From NCBI GenBank assembly GCA_963754925.1, contig CAVWHX010000003.1, positions 512,001 to 576,000 of the forward strand: DNA of 64,000 nucleotides, in the 5' to 3' direction. The position numbers and the translations under genes were made by a program. Each line of letters begins with the position of its first letter. The stretch's first letter is position 1. The stretch comes from an uncultured delta proteobacterium. GTDB lineage: Bacteria > Myxococcota > B64-G9. The notes under the pieces are model-generated. The model did no database searches and was not told where the DNA came from. It worked only from the letters and a program-made list of their open reading frames with translations. Shown piece after piece: positions 1 through 10,100 of this stretch.

Positions 1-548
1 TTATCTTCGGTATCACTAATCCTTTTACATTTGTGAGCGCAATCATTTATCTTTATGGTCATCTGAAATGCTTTACCCTGATTATCTTCTCTTTCGGCAG
101 TCCCATGCTTTGAACTGTCCTTCAAAGTGATCGCTAAAAGGATTCCGCTGTTTATTTCAATTGGATACAACAACCCATTGGTGGCGTCAATGGCGTTGTG
201 AAGTACTGCTTTGTCATTTCCTTCCGGTGTGATGGTAAGCCACTTCAACTTATCCTCATCTCCCCTGGCCAAGAACCAGGTATAGGGCGAGATGCCTCCG
301 CTTGCAATCAGCTCAACCTTATAATCGCTTTGCCCAATTGTGGCATCCGGCAATATAGGAGGATCTATTGCTAATGGGTCCACTTTCTCGCAATGGCCCG
401 TGTCATTAGAACAAGAGTAATATTGCCACTCGGAGGTAGATGAACACTGGTCATTGGACTCACAACGATATTCGTCGTTTGTAGAACATCCAGCAGAACC
501 CATTCCCATCATGATGGCCATGGATCCTAAAAAAAGATACCATTTCAT
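1..548 (-). CDS. Putative lipoprotein with Cys-rich N-terminus and Ig-like domain (partial, runs off window start)
   Basis: Not in ORF track. GGAGG RBS before ATG at 548; reads MKWYLFLGSMAIMMGMGSAGC (lipobox-like) then ...PPILPDATIGQSDYKVELIASGGISPYTW, resembling a putative Ig domain; open to position 1. Confidence 0.7.
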   Translation of the reverse strand, partial: MKWYLFLGSMAIMMGMGSAGCSTNDEYRCESNDQCSSTSEWQYYSCSNDTGHCEKVDPLAIDPPILPDATIGQSDYKVELIASGGISPYTWFLARGDEDKLKWLTITPEGNDKAVLHNAIDATNGLLYPIEINSGILLAITLKDSSKHGTAEREDNQGKAFQMTIKINDCAHKCKRISDTED

Positions 549-590
549 TATGGTTCCTCCGGATCGCTGCTTGGTTACCCTCAACGCTGA

Positions 591-1010
591 TCACCTAACG
601 AGTTTCTCTTTATTGAACGGCCAGAGCTTAAAAAATGCCCACCATCCGGTGGACCATAGAGACAGTATCGGAACAAAGATGTATAAAACAATTCCCCTAG
701 CAATAGAATCTTCCATAGAGCTACCATACATACCAAAGGCATCTAAAACCAAACGAGCGACAATTGTCCATATTATCAAAGACAAGACTCCGACAACTGC
801 AATTCTATGAAAGAATCCGTTCCGCACTAATCGTCTGTTGTAAGCAAAATAAATAATCACGATAGCTGACACAGTTAGCAAAATCCATATAAGAATACTA
901 AGCCGCGCAATGAATACCGCACCAAGTGGTGCAAGGAATACTGTACCAACTTCAGCTATCACACAGAAAACTTGCGTAAGGACAAGAAGAAAAACTTTTT
1001 TCATCATCAT
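591..1010 (-). CDS. Small multi-pass membrane protein; candidate immunity protein
   Basis: 139 aa with about four hydrophobic segments; start overlaps the upstream stop (TAATG); AT-rich. Confidence 0.65.
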   Translation of the reverse strand: MMMKKVFLLVLTQVFCVIAEVGTVFLAPLGAVFIARLSILIWILLTVSAIVIIYFAYNRRLVRNGFFHRIAVVGVLSLIIWTIVARLVLDAFGMYGSSMEDSIARGIVLYIFVPILSLWSTGWWAFFKLWPFNKEKLVR

Positions 1011-2845
1011 TATTGCCTTCTAATTTTCATATCGAATCGAAGACTTTCTTTTGCATGTGTGTGTCCCATAACGAAAACAGCAAATGGAGATTCCTGACGA
1101 TCATAACTTTGATAGAGATGAACAAGTGTTGCTCCCAATAAATAATGGTCTCTAGGAACTATTTGAGATCCTAGTTGCTCTAGTTTTCTTGTGGAAGGAA
1201 TCAGATATGCAAACTGCGAATAGAAGTGCCCAGTAGCCACAGGACCTATATTATCAAAATTTGAGTTATGAAAACGGTGACCGTGTTCGCAAAATATGGT
1301 TGGGGTCTTAAAGTATGGTTGGCGGTTCGGCAGGTCGAGTTGCGAAGGGACTTCGATTTTTTGAAGATAGGCATCATGATTTCCCCAAAGATAGGTAACC
1401 TCTGCAAGTCCAGCATGCTCGAGCTTCGTAAACGCATCCATAACTTCGCCATTTCGATCGATGGCTTCCCGTAGCCAATCGATCGCTTTTTGTGGCGCGT
1501 CCGCATTTACCCATTCGGGAGCCACGTTGCCAGGTTTGAATAAATAGTCCCTACCCAACCACATCTCGAACATATCTCCCGTCTGAATGAAACGAAGGGA
1601 CTGTTTTACTCCCGCACTGAGGTTATTCAGCATTCCTAGGAATAAAACCAAGCCATCGCCGGCAAATTGAAAAATATCAGCAGAATTCTGCGCTTCTTTG
1701 AACCAACTTGAGGGTGGTAAATGGAGATCACCCAAGAATAAATACAGGTTTGCATCGGTTGAAATCTTTTTAGCCCAAGTGTTTGCGCAAAGATACCGAA
1801 CCACCTGTATGCCATATCCTTGATTCGCCACCTCCGAAAAGAACTTTTGCACCGCTTCCACGCGGCTGAAAGGAACAATGCCGTTTTGCTTGAATTCACA
1901 AAGGTACACGTGTGGACCGCATACGATCGCAAAATCCCGTCTTTGTTCCCTGCCACCGTGAGCATTGTCGCACCAACAACCGATGTCAAGGTACACAAAG
2001 CTTGGTCTGTCGTGATTAACATTTGCCATCTTCCGGGGTGTAGCCTCACACAGACCTTCGTCATAACCGACGACATGGGAACAGGTAAGCGCCCCTTTGT
2101 TAAAGATAAACCGAAAACCCCCGCGATCTTTGGCGAGATCTGGATCGTACTTATAGTACAGAGGTTGAGAAAATCTCTGCCCTCGTTTGGATAGGTCATC
2201 CTCAATGAATGCAGGAAAAGGCCTGACACGAACCGTATGCTGCCGATTGGTTGCTAAACCGGATCGAGACCATTTCTTAGGAACGTAGAGCAGGTCGCTA
2301 TGCTCGAAATAGTCTTCCATTTTCTGTATGTCGTCGGTCCCCCAATTGAACGTAGCCAGCTCTTTCTCCAGCACGCCAGTTAACCGATAGTATTTTGCCA
2401 ACGACTCCTCTTCTTTTACTTGATGAGTTTCCACCGATGCAATCCGATAGGTCGTTTCCGGGGGCGGTAAAGGGACGCCTTTTCCTTTATCCGTCGCAGA
2501 TTGATTTGAAGCGTCTGTTAGCATGTCGCGTAACGTTAGCTCCCTGAGATCTCCCGATAATTCACACTCGCCTGATGGCAGTCCAAGGGATTCAATAATA
2601 CCAGAAAGTCTCGTTTCATGTTGCTCGACTATACCGTTCGGTGTTTGGAGATTGAGAAGAACTTTTGGTACAGACTCTCCGGTGGCGTCGTCAACCACAC
2701 GAACTTTAATCCAATCGTTGGCCGGCGCCTTGGGTGGCTCGGGCGCTTTTGGCTCTTGCTTTTTAACATAGTTTGGATTGCGCGGAATCCAGACTCCGTA
2801 TCGAATTCCACACGGTCCGCGAATAGCGTCTTCCCAGTCGTCCAT
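1010..2845 (-). CDS. Multidomain protein: N-terminal beta-sandwich + LysM-like + calcineurin-like metallophosphoesterase
   Basis: Ordered MPP motifs GDLH, GDMFE, WGNHD, EHGH, GHTH; N-terminal WIKVRVVDDATGESVP; LysM-like HQVKEEESLAK...LATFNWG. Confidence 0.75.
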   Translation of the reverse strand: MDDWEDAIRGPCGIRYGVWIPRNPNYVKKQEPKAPEPPKAPANDWIKVRVVDDATGESVPKVLLNLQTPNGIVEQHETRLSGIIESLGLPSGECELSGDLRELTLRDMLTDASNQSATDKGKGVPLPPPETTYRIASVETHQVKEEESLAKYYRLTGVLEKELATFNWGTDDIQKMEDYFEHSDLLYVPKKWSRSGLATNRQHTVRVRPFPAFIEDDLSKRGQRFSQPLYYKYDPDLAKDRGGFRFIFNKGALTCSHVVGYDEGLCEATPRKMANVNHDRPSFVYLDIGCWCDNAHGGREQRRDFAIVCGPHVYLCEFKQNGIVPFSRVEAVQKFFSEVANQGYGIQVVRYLCANTWAKKISTDANLYLFLGDLHLPPSSWFKEAQNSADIFQFAGDGLVLFLGMLNNLSAGVKQSLRFIQTGDMFEMWLGRDYLFKPGNVAPEWVNADAPQKAIDWLREAIDRNGEVMDAFTKLEHAGLAEVTYLWGNHDAYLQKIEVPSQLDLPNRQPYFKTPTIFCEHGHRFHNSNFDNIGPVATGHFYSQFAYLIPSTRKLEQLGSQIVPRDHYLLGATLVHLYQSYDRQESPFAVFVMGHTHAKESLRFDMKIRRQ

Positions 2846-2908
2846 CGGGTCATCCTACATGAATAGTTGCCACAGCTTTTTACGCCCTCACTGTGTGTCC
2901 TAGAGAAA

Positions 2909-2925
2909 AGCAATCGCTGTGCCAA
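2909..2925 (-). promoter_or_regulatory. Sigma54 (-24/-12) promoter for the metallophosphoesterase operon
   Basis: Minus strand TTGGCACAGCGATTGCT matches TGGCAC-N5-TTGCW with GG-N10-GC spacing, ~65 bp upstream of the start. Confidence 0.7.
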
Positions 2926-3182
2926 GTTGTGATAAAGAAAAGAATTCAGCAGAATTAATTGTGGTAACAGCATATAATAAATGGATTATTTACCATACCC
3001 TCAATTATCGAAATGCTTGTTTCGAATCCAGTCCAACCTCGTTACCTGTGCAGGTTTCGGACACCAGGTCGGACAGTGAACAGCTATCAATCATCTAGGA
3101 TCTCATTTGAGGGGCGCTTCGGTTGAGGTCGACATCGGTGTTTATTAGGGTAATTTATTTCGATACTGCCCTAACCTGCCTA

Positions 3183-5246
3183 CTACGGCGGGCTTACCTT
3201 CTCAAGCCACGCTCCAATGAGCGGATATTCTTCCGTGGGGGCTTTGAGACCCATCACCAGATCGATATGGGCTGTGCCCTCGATGATATGAATCTCGTCC
3301 AACGGGTTGGGGGTCTTTTTCGCCATGATGCTTGAAATGACAATGTTGGGGTCCACCAGAGCGCCTTGGGTGGAGAGGATGGCAATGGTGGGGACCGTCA
3401 GCTTGTCCATATTCTGACTGTAATAGTAGTAGCCATCGTTGCCCGGGTTGGGGGTCGGACCTTCGGCCAGGGATTTGTTCTCCGCGCCGTTTTGCCAGTA
3501 CTCCCGAGTACACTCGTTGAGGCCATTGTCAATGTATTGGGCTATACACCTGAGACTCGAGCTGCTGAAGCCGTAACGGGTGGTGAAATCCTCCACATAG
3601 GGGTCCATGTTCGCGGGGTTCCAGAAGTCTGCGACCCCGAATAGGTTGTCCTGCAAGCCGTCCGCGGTGAACGCCGCGTTCAATTCCTCGAAGCCCTCGA
3701 AAATCACGGTAACAAAGGTGGTGAGCGTATTTGTCGGCACGGCCGCCAATAAGTCCTCCGAAACCGTATCCATGGGAATATAGATCTTGAGATCCAGGAT
3801 CGACCACACCAAGGGCGTATTGAGGTATTGGGGCATGGGTGGCTGGCCGGCGGGGTCGAGGGCGATAAAACCTTTGACATGGCTGTTCCGTAGCAAAGCC
3901 AGAACAGCGTCACCCTTGACGTGCGGAAGATACCCGGCATCGTAGGCCGCCTCGTACGCCGCGACCTTATCCGTGGCCCCGCCGTAATCCGTGTATGCGC
4001 CCTGCAAGTAGGAATATGAACAGAACCCGCCGGTGCTGTGTCCGCCGATAACCGGATCGATGCCGGTGATGCTTCTGACCTTGTCGATCACCGCCGGCGC
4101 GTCCAGGGTAGTCCAGCTATCGAGAGAGACGATGTACACGCTTTGCACCGGACGACCGTTGGTTCGGTATGAGTCGTGGCCGGTATTACGGTAGTTGGCA
4201 ACCCATACGTCGTAGCCTTTGAGCCACAGGTAGAAGGCCAGGCTGTAATACTTCATCGGATCTTCCGCAATGTGCTCTTCCGCAACCAGGTTCCCCTGAT
4301 TATCATACACAAGGTTTCCATTCGCATCGCGCTCATATGCCCAATCGGCAAGGGACGTGGGCAGGGTCATCGTGCTGTAGGACGATTGCTGATCTTTCGG
4401 GGTGTTGATCATAAAAACATTCATGTTCATGAGAATGCCGCTGAAGAGGACTACCGGTTGCTTGCCGACACGGAAGGTATCCGCCGTCGACGGTCGGTAG
4501 CGCCTCATCTGGACCTGCACGCCGTCATCGGTAACCGCGACGTAGTGCGCCTCGATGTCCGGGTCATTCAGCATACTGGCGCAGTCATCAAGCATCGGAT
4601 CGGTTACCTCGGTCTTGGTGCTGGTCATGGTCGTATCCAGGGTAACCGCGCTCCCGCCGAGAAGCGGAATATCGGCCGGTATCGTTGCATTGATCGCTTG
4701 ATGGATGCTCAGACCAGTGCCATTGAGCAGGAGGTTGATCAGGCTGTTGAGGGTGATTTTGGCTTTGGCATCAACATTGAGCGTCAACGGAATAGGAGGA
4801 AGTAGCTTTTGTATGTTCGGATCAACCGATTTCGTTTCTATGGGAATGGTCAGGTAGAAGGTAGCTGTCTGGGTGATCAAGGGGTCCATATAGGCAATGC
4901 CGCCCGCTTGCGCGCCCGTCGGTAGGTACGAACACAGAGTGCCGGTCGGGATAGAGCCGAGATTCATTGAACTGCCGGCGGTCATGAAACTGTCAACCCG
5001 CACGGTTGCCGGTGTGCCCTGCGTCGTAAACAATTTGTTGGTATCGATGATGACGGTTGTTTTCACGTTGCCCACAACCTGGCTGGTCACCGATGCGCCA
5101 CCAAATGAGGCGGGGAGTTGGATGGTCATGGTGTTGTTTCCCGCCGGATCTATCACCAGCAACGTAGGAAGACTTATCTTCCCGCATGCGGAAACGAGCA
5201 TTGCGCTCATGAGCACGACGGTGCAGATCCTTCTTTCCTTCCTCAT
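3183..5246 (-). CDS. Lipoprotein with C-terminal alpha/beta hydrolase (lipase/esterase-like)
   Basis: AGGAGG RBS before ATG 5246; lipobox LVSAC; GYDVWVANYR, nucleophile elbow GHSTGG, C-terminal AHIDL. Confidence 0.75.
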   Translation of the reverse strand: MRKERRICTVVLMSAMLVSACGKISLPTLLVIDPAGNNTMTIQLPASFGGASVTSQVVGNVKTTVIIDTNKLFTTQGTPATVRVDSFMTAGSSMNLGSIPTGTLCSYLPTGAQAGGIAYMDPLITQTATFYLTIPIETKSVDPNIQKLLPPIPLTLNVDAKAKITLNSLINLLLNGTGLSIHQAINATIPADIPLLGGSAVTLDTTMTSTKTEVTDPMLDDCASMLNDPDIEAHYVAVTDDGVQVQMRRYRPSTADTFRVGKQPVVLFSGILMNMNVFMINTPKDQQSSYSTMTLPTSLADWAYERDANGNLVYDNQGNLVAEEHIAEDPMKYYSLAFYLWLKGYDVWVANYRNTGHDSYRTNGRPVQSVYIVSLDSWTTLDAPAVIDKVRSITGIDPVIGGHSTGGFCSYSYLQGAYTDYGGATDKVAAYEAAYDAGYLPHVKGDAVLALLRNSHVKGFIALDPAGQPPMPQYLNTPLVWSILDLKIYIPMDTVSEDLLAAVPTNTLTTFVTVIFEGFEELNAAFTADGLQDNLFGVADFWNPANMDPYVEDFTTRYGFSSSSLRCIAQYIDNGLNECTREYWQNGAENKSLAEGPTPNPGNDGYYYYSQNMDKLTVPTIAILSTQGALVDPNIVISSIMAKKTPNPLDEIHIIEGTAHIDLVMGLKAPTEEYPLIGAWLEKVSPP

Positions 5247-5614
5247 GGCATTCCTCCTGAGCAGAAAGATGTCTCTTTCGATGCTTTTCAGAGAACATTC
5301 AAACACCAGCTGAAGAACGCGCAACTCACACGATTTCTTATTGGTTTTGTTAAAGTAGTTCAGGAATAGAATGTCAACGGAAAAATACATTACCTCTAAA
5401 CGGGAAAATTCGGCTGTAAGTCGGTTTAATCTACCCCAACAACCTTACTTCGTCGCTCTAGTAAAACGACTCTATCGACATTATTAATGGACATATTTCA
5501 AGCTGAAATCTCATAATGAGCTAATATAATTATGTATTTCAAGATATCGAAGAGGACATTTGTGTGGACATTAAGGGTGAGCAAATAGGAAATTTACTTT
5601 GCAGCGTGCCTCAA

Positions 5615-6076
5615 TCAGGCGGCATGCTTGCGAAGGTACTCAACGCTTCCCGGCAGGTCGCGAATAAGTTTGAGTAGGATGTCCATTGCCGCTGTTTGAA
5701 CGTTCCGGCCTGACTCCCACCGAGAGATCGTGTTGGCGCCCAAGCGTAAAAGTTGTGCAAGGTCTTCCTGGGTGAGACCAAAGCGATCACGTATAGCCCG
5801 GATCTCGTCCGCTGAAAGTAAACGATGCTTTTTCCGGTATAGAGCGATGGCATCCTCGCTAAGACGTCGCGCGTCATGGAACCTAAGCACTACCTCGTGG
5901 CATTTGGGGCATTTCAAATGTGAAGCTGTGGGCACAGCAACATCCTCGCCGTTTACGACGAAATGAAGCTTCCCACGTGTTTCTTTCATAGTTGTCCCGC
6001 AGGACGGACAAGCATCTTCTGGAAGCACGACACCTCGTCGGTTTGAGGCAACCAATGACTTTCTAATTTTCTTCAT
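5615..6076 (-). CDS. mqsA: MqsA-family antitoxin (zinc finger + XRE HTH)
   Basis: CPSC...CPKC zinc ribbon followed by HTH LTQEDLAQLLRLGANTISRWESG; overlaps upstream toxin. Confidence 0.85.
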   Translation of the reverse strand: MKKIRKSLVASNRRGVVLPEDACPSCGTTMKETRGKLHFVVNGEDVAVPTASHLKCPKCHEVVLRFHDARRLSEDAIALYRKKHRLLSADEIRAIRDRFGLTQEDLAQLLRLGANTISRWESGRNVQTAAMDILLKLIRDLPGSVEYLRKHAA

Positions 6077-6398
6077 TCTCGACCCCCTCATCTTTGTGGC
6101 ACGAGATTACAATGCAGTCGTTGCGTACGATAAGCTTCAGGTAAACGCCTGTCTCTATGATGCAAGGTTTGAAAACGTACATCCATTCTCCTGTTTGCTT
6201 TGACATAATACGTCCCGCTGAGTCTGAGGACGTTAAGTTTTCAAGTAGTTGGATAACATCATCGACATCAAGTTCTAGTCCAAGTGAATCAAGTTCTCGA
6301 AGAGCTTTTAAGGTGAAATAAACTTTGCATTGAGCCGCAAGCTTTGCAATCCGCAACAGGACTGTCGATAGCCATCGTGGCATAGAGCTCCACTTCAT
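6063..6398 (-). CDS. MqsR-like type II toxin (putative mRNA interferase)
   Basis: 111 aa directly upstream of MqsA-like gene; FTLKALREL...YVFKP...YLKL...VISCH pattern. Confidence 0.7.
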   Translation of the reverse strand: MKWSSMPRWLSTVLLRIAKLAAQCKVYFTLKALRELDSLGLELDVDDVIQLLENLTSSDSAGRIMSKQTGEWMYVFKPCIIETGVYLKLIVRNDCIVISCHKDEGVENEEN

Positions 6399-6441
6399 TC
6401 ACCTAATGAGTAATTATGCATATGGTGAATTGTAATGTCAA
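6397..6441 (-). promoter_or_regulatory. Sigma70 promoter with overlapping inverted repeat (candidate TA operator)
   Basis: Minus strand TTGACA-N17-CATAAT (6441-6413); inverted repeat ATTCACC (6397-6403)/GGTGAAT (6424-6430). Confidence 0.6.
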
Positions 6442-6500
6442 GTGATTCTTTAGTAGCTAAATTTATTAATTGACAAGTCCTACGAGGTATCGTCCCTTTA

Positions 6501-7589
6501 CTACCCGCTCTTGTTGTACAGACTTTCACCCAACTTCTTTTGTTTGATCCGTGCCACCCGCTCTGCAATATGAATGCTTTGAAAGAAATCATTCCTTAAA
6601 ATAGAGAACGCGGCATCAGCGTTATCCTTTGAGATAATTTCTTCTGTTAATGTCTGAAACTGGTTGGCGAGCGCCTTAAACACGAGAAGAAGAGAGGTCA
6701 GTTCCCCACCGCGTGCGTTCTTGTCCAACATCCGAGCCGCCTCGTGGGCAAGCAACCTCTCTACCGTGAGAATGGCGTACATCTGCCCAATGGCCTCGGC
6801 TACATCGGCGGCACCGGCTTCTTTTTTCATATGAATGAGTTGATCAAGTTGGTTTTGCATGGCGCCGACCGAGGGACCCATCATCAACGTATCTTCAAGA
6901 TCCCGGAAACGGTTCCACCATGTCTTGAAAAGCTCGGCCTTCTTTTCCGAGTACATTCTTCGCGGGCACCGGAGAATTTTCCAACATTAGAGTACCGTGC
7001 GGCGCGGGTTTTAAAAACGGAAGCTCCATCGAAGTTATGGTCAATCCCGTGGTGTCCTTGGGCACCAGAAATGCCGAAAAACTTTTTCGTGAATCGACTT
7101 CGCCGGTGATAGCCACCACAATAAACATATCGGCAATCGGACCGTTGGTAAGGTACGTTTTTTGCCCGTTTAAGATGTACTGATCCCCTAACAATTTTGC
7201 TGTGGTCTTGAGATATTTTGGATGGGCGCCGGTTTGGGGCTCGGAAACCGCAAAGCAGAGTATCTTTTCCCTGTCGAGAGCCCGACGGATGCCTGCTGGC
7301 GTACCGTACCAAACCTCTTGATGAAGTTTTCCGCTATGATCCGTTGCATCAACCATGAGAGCGCTATCCCCATATTGCCGCCTGCAGCGACCAGCGCCTC
7401 TGCAGCAACGGACAGGTAGAGGAAGACGCCGCTTTGTCGTTCGTTTTCGTCAAACGCAAAAAGCCCTGACCGCGCCATATTGGTCCACAAGTCAATCGGG
7501 AATACCGACGTATTGAGATCCCTGCCAGCAATATGCTCTTTGGCGAACCCGGCAAAACGAACTGTTATGCTCCGCAATCGATCGTCCAT
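6501..7589 (-). CDS. Acyl-CoA dehydrogenase (two apparent frameshifts near 7267 and 6907)
   Basis: Three overlapping ORFs join into one ACAD: FAKEHIA...FPIDLW, CFAVSEP, YILNGQKTYLTNGPIAD, C-terminal helical domain. Confidence 0.75.
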
Positions 7590-7641
7590 GACCGCGCACC
7601 ATATAATGGGTCAATAGAAAGTAACAGTATCGGCGCGTGCT

Positions 7642-7807
7642 GGGTGGCACCGAGCAGGGGGCCCCCCGCCGGCGTGCGGCTTGGCTGCGCGGAATCATCG
7701 CTTTTTTTTCGATGATGAGCACCGCCGGGCCCATAGGATAAGAGATTGTAAGCCTCGCTCCGCTCGGCAACAATCTCTAAGGATGCGAGGTGCCAGGACC
7801 CGGCGCG
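7642..7807. repeat. Dispersed structured repeat (family B, copy 1) carrying a nested 51-bp family A element
   Basis: Shares CACCGAGCAGGGG...CCCCGCCGGCG...ATGATGAGCACCGCCGGG...GGATGCGAGG with 43308-43411. Confidence 0.8.
7730..7780 (+). repeat. Short hairpin element (family A), nested in repeat B
   Basis: CCCATAGGATAAGAGATTGTAAGCCTCGCTCCGCTCGGCAACAATCTCTAA; absent from the second copy of repeat B. Confidence 0.85.
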
Positions 7808-7846
7808 AAACCTAACCATGAGTGACCCCTTATCGCACCAACCAAG

Positions 7847-9181
7847 TTAAAGCACCAACTCCTCGACAAACTCCATCAATTGGTTGAGATTCCGACACGC
7901 CCGAAGCTCATGGCAATAGGGTTCGTAGGCGCGCATCTCGCTGTCGCCCGTGTACCAGAGCGGTTGCGGTTCCGGATTAAGCCATATCACCCGCCGGCTG
8001 CGGTCGCGCATCTCGGCCAGAATGCCGTCCTCGGGATGCATATAATTGGTGCGCCCGTCTCCGATGATGATCAGGGTGGTTTTCTTGTCCAGGGTATGCA
8101 GGTATTGCTTTCGGAACTGACGTAGCGTCGCGCCATAGTCAGTCGATACGTTGTATTTAAGGTCCGCCTCTTTCAGGACCTTGTCGATGGCCTGGTTTAC
8201 GTCGTTGTCTTTAAAAATTTTCGTAACCTCAGCCAGGCCGGCGACGAAGATGAAGCTCTTCACTTCGGAAAAGCACTCTTGCAATGAGTAGAGCACGTTG
8301 AGCATGAATCGGGCGGCCGACCAGACCGAGCTCGACACATCGCACAGGGTGACTATACGCGCTTTACTTTTTGGATGGTGCCGGTAGCGAATCTCCATCG
8401 GCACCCCTTGATAGCGCTGGGCTTGCCTGAGTGTCTTTTTCACATCCAGCGTTCCCCGGCTCATCGTAATGGAACGTCGATTGACGATATCCTTGAGCTT
8501 TCTCACCAGCCGGCCGATGACCTCGCGCACCTCCAACACTTCCTGCTGGGTGAGAAGGCCAAACGGACGCTCCCCGAGGCTTCGGTAATACTGTTCGTGA
8601 GCCTCGGTCCTTCTGACCAGGTCATTGTCCGGTCGGGGCTCCTCGGTAAGCAGCGAAAACGCCTGTCTGACACGGCCGTTGATCTGTCCTTCCAGCGCGT
8701 GCTCTCCACGTACCGCGAGCCTCTGCAAGACGAGATCTCGTACGGTGTTGAGTGCAAGCATCAGCTCGAGACGTCTGCCCAACGGCGCCAAGTTGAACCG
8801 CCCCTCGTGCGGCATTTCCTGGATCGATTGCAATAGATCGAGAAAGGCCAAGGGATCGCCGGAAAGAAAATCCGCTACCGCGGCTTGCCTCGCATCGCCG
8901 GCCACGTGGTGCCTGATTTCGCCCAGAACATCCTCAGCGCCGGTGCGGCGCCCCTCCCCTTCACAACCGAGATCGTGAAAGAAAAGATCGTAAACACGGT
9001 CGAACCTGCGTTGCTCTCGCTTGCTTTTAACGAAGTTCGCCCTCAGCGCGGTCTTGAATACCGTTTCATCGAAGGGGTCAATGAGCGGCAGGTGGTTGAT
9101 GCAATCCAAGACCTCGGCGGTGGAGACGCGCAGGTCCGAAGCCCGCAGGCAGGACACAAAATCGAGAACGAGATTGAGCAT
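7847..9181 (-). CDS. CoxE-like VWA domain protein
   Basis: DVSSSV MIDAS-like motif, STDYG, IIGDGRTN, WLNPEP; downstream of MoxR ATPase. Confidence 0.85.
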   Translation of the reverse strand: MLNLVLDFVSCLRASDLRVSTAEVLDCINHLPLIDPFDETVFKTALRANFVKSKREQRRFDRVYDLFFHDLGCEGEGRRTGAEDVLGEIRHHVAGDARQAAVADFLSGDPLAFLDLLQSIQEMPHEGRFNLAPLGRRLELMLALNTVRDLVLQRLAVRGEHALEGQINGRVRQAFSLLTEEPRPDNDLVRRTEAHEQYYRSLGERPFGLLTQQEVLEVREVIGRLVRKLKDIVNRRSITMSRGTLDVKKTLRQAQRYQGVPMEIRYRHHPKSKARIVTLCDVSSSVWSAARFMLNVLYSLQECFSEVKSFIFVAGLAEVTKIFKDNDVNQAIDKVLKEADLKYNVSTDYGATLRQFRKQYLHTLDKKTTLIIIGDGRTNYMHPEDGILAEMRDRSRRVIWLNPEPQPLWYTGDSEMRAYEPYCHELRACRNLNQLMEFVEELVL

Positions 9182-9182
9182 G

Positions 9183-10100
9183 TTATGGTCGTTCGGGGCT
9201 CATCGTCGCGATCTTCTCCAGGACGCGTTGGGAATCGGCCTTATACTTGACCAGCACACTCAAGGTGCTCGTCACCACTTCCGGCGAGAGGTCTTCGATC
9301 TGCAGCGCGATCAAGGAGCGCGCCCAATCCAACGTCTCGGAGATGCACGGTCGTTTCCTGAGGTCCAGCTCGCGGATGGCGCGCACAGTGTCGACCACCT
9401 GATCCAGAAGCCGCGCCTTAATCCCGGGGATGCGCGACGTGACAATGCGCTTTTCCAATTCCTTTTCCGGATAATCGATATAGAGATGGATGCAGCGGCG
9501 CTTCAGGGCGTCGCTCATGTCGCGGTAGTTGTTCGAGGTAAGCACTACAAAGGGAATGTTGAGGGCTTTTTTGGTGCCGAGCTCAGGAATCGACACCTGA
9601 AAGTCGGACAGGATCTCCAAGAGAAATGCTTCGAATTCGGGATCGCTTTTATCCACCTCGTCGATAAGCAAAACGACGGGCTTGTTGGAACTAATGGCTT
9701 GCAGCAAGGGCCGCGGTTGGATGAATCGCTCGGAGAAGAACGCGTCCTCCTGGGCTGCGATCCGGTCCACGGCGTCCGCAAGAGTGCGTGAGCCGGAGAT
9801 GAGATCGCCAATCTTCTCCTTGACCATCTGGGTATAGAGCAGTTGCTTGGCGTACTCCCATTCATACAGCGCCTTGGCCTCATCCAACCCTTCATAGCAC
9901 TGCAAACGGATGAGCTCCCTGCCCAGGCCGCTCGCAACCGCTTTCGCAAGCTCCGTCTTGCCGACTCCAGCCGGGCCCTCCACCAAAACAGGTTTGCCGG
10001 TCCTGCCTGCCAAAAACACAACCGTGGCGATTTCGCGTGACGGGATGTACCCGGCCTTTTCCAATACCTGCTGCACCTGCGAAACATTTTGGAATTCCAT
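9183..10100 (-). CDS. MoxR-family AAA+ ATPase (CoxD-like)
   Basis: Walker A GPAGVGKT, RLQCYEGLD, Walker B LLIDEVDK, DALKRRC. Confidence 0.9.
   Translation of the reverse strand: MEFQNVSQVQQVLEKAGYIPSREIATVVFLAGRTGKPVLVEGPAGVGKTELAKAVASGLGRELIRLQCYEGLDEAKALYEWEYAKQLLYTQMVKEKIGDLISGSRTLADAVDRIAAQEDAFFSERFIQPRPLLQAISSNKPVVLLIDEVDKSDPEFEAFLLEILSDFQVSIPELGTKKALNIPFVVLTSNNYRDMSDALKRRCIHLYIDYPEKELEKRIVTSRIPGIKARLLDQVVDTVRAIRELDLRKRPCISETLDWARSLIALQIEDLSPEVVTSTLSVLVKYKADSQRVLEKIATMSPERP

Noticed and set aside
3040..3080. IS3-like terminal inverted repeat
   Set aside because: No partner repeat or transposase nearby; better explained as a regulatory site.
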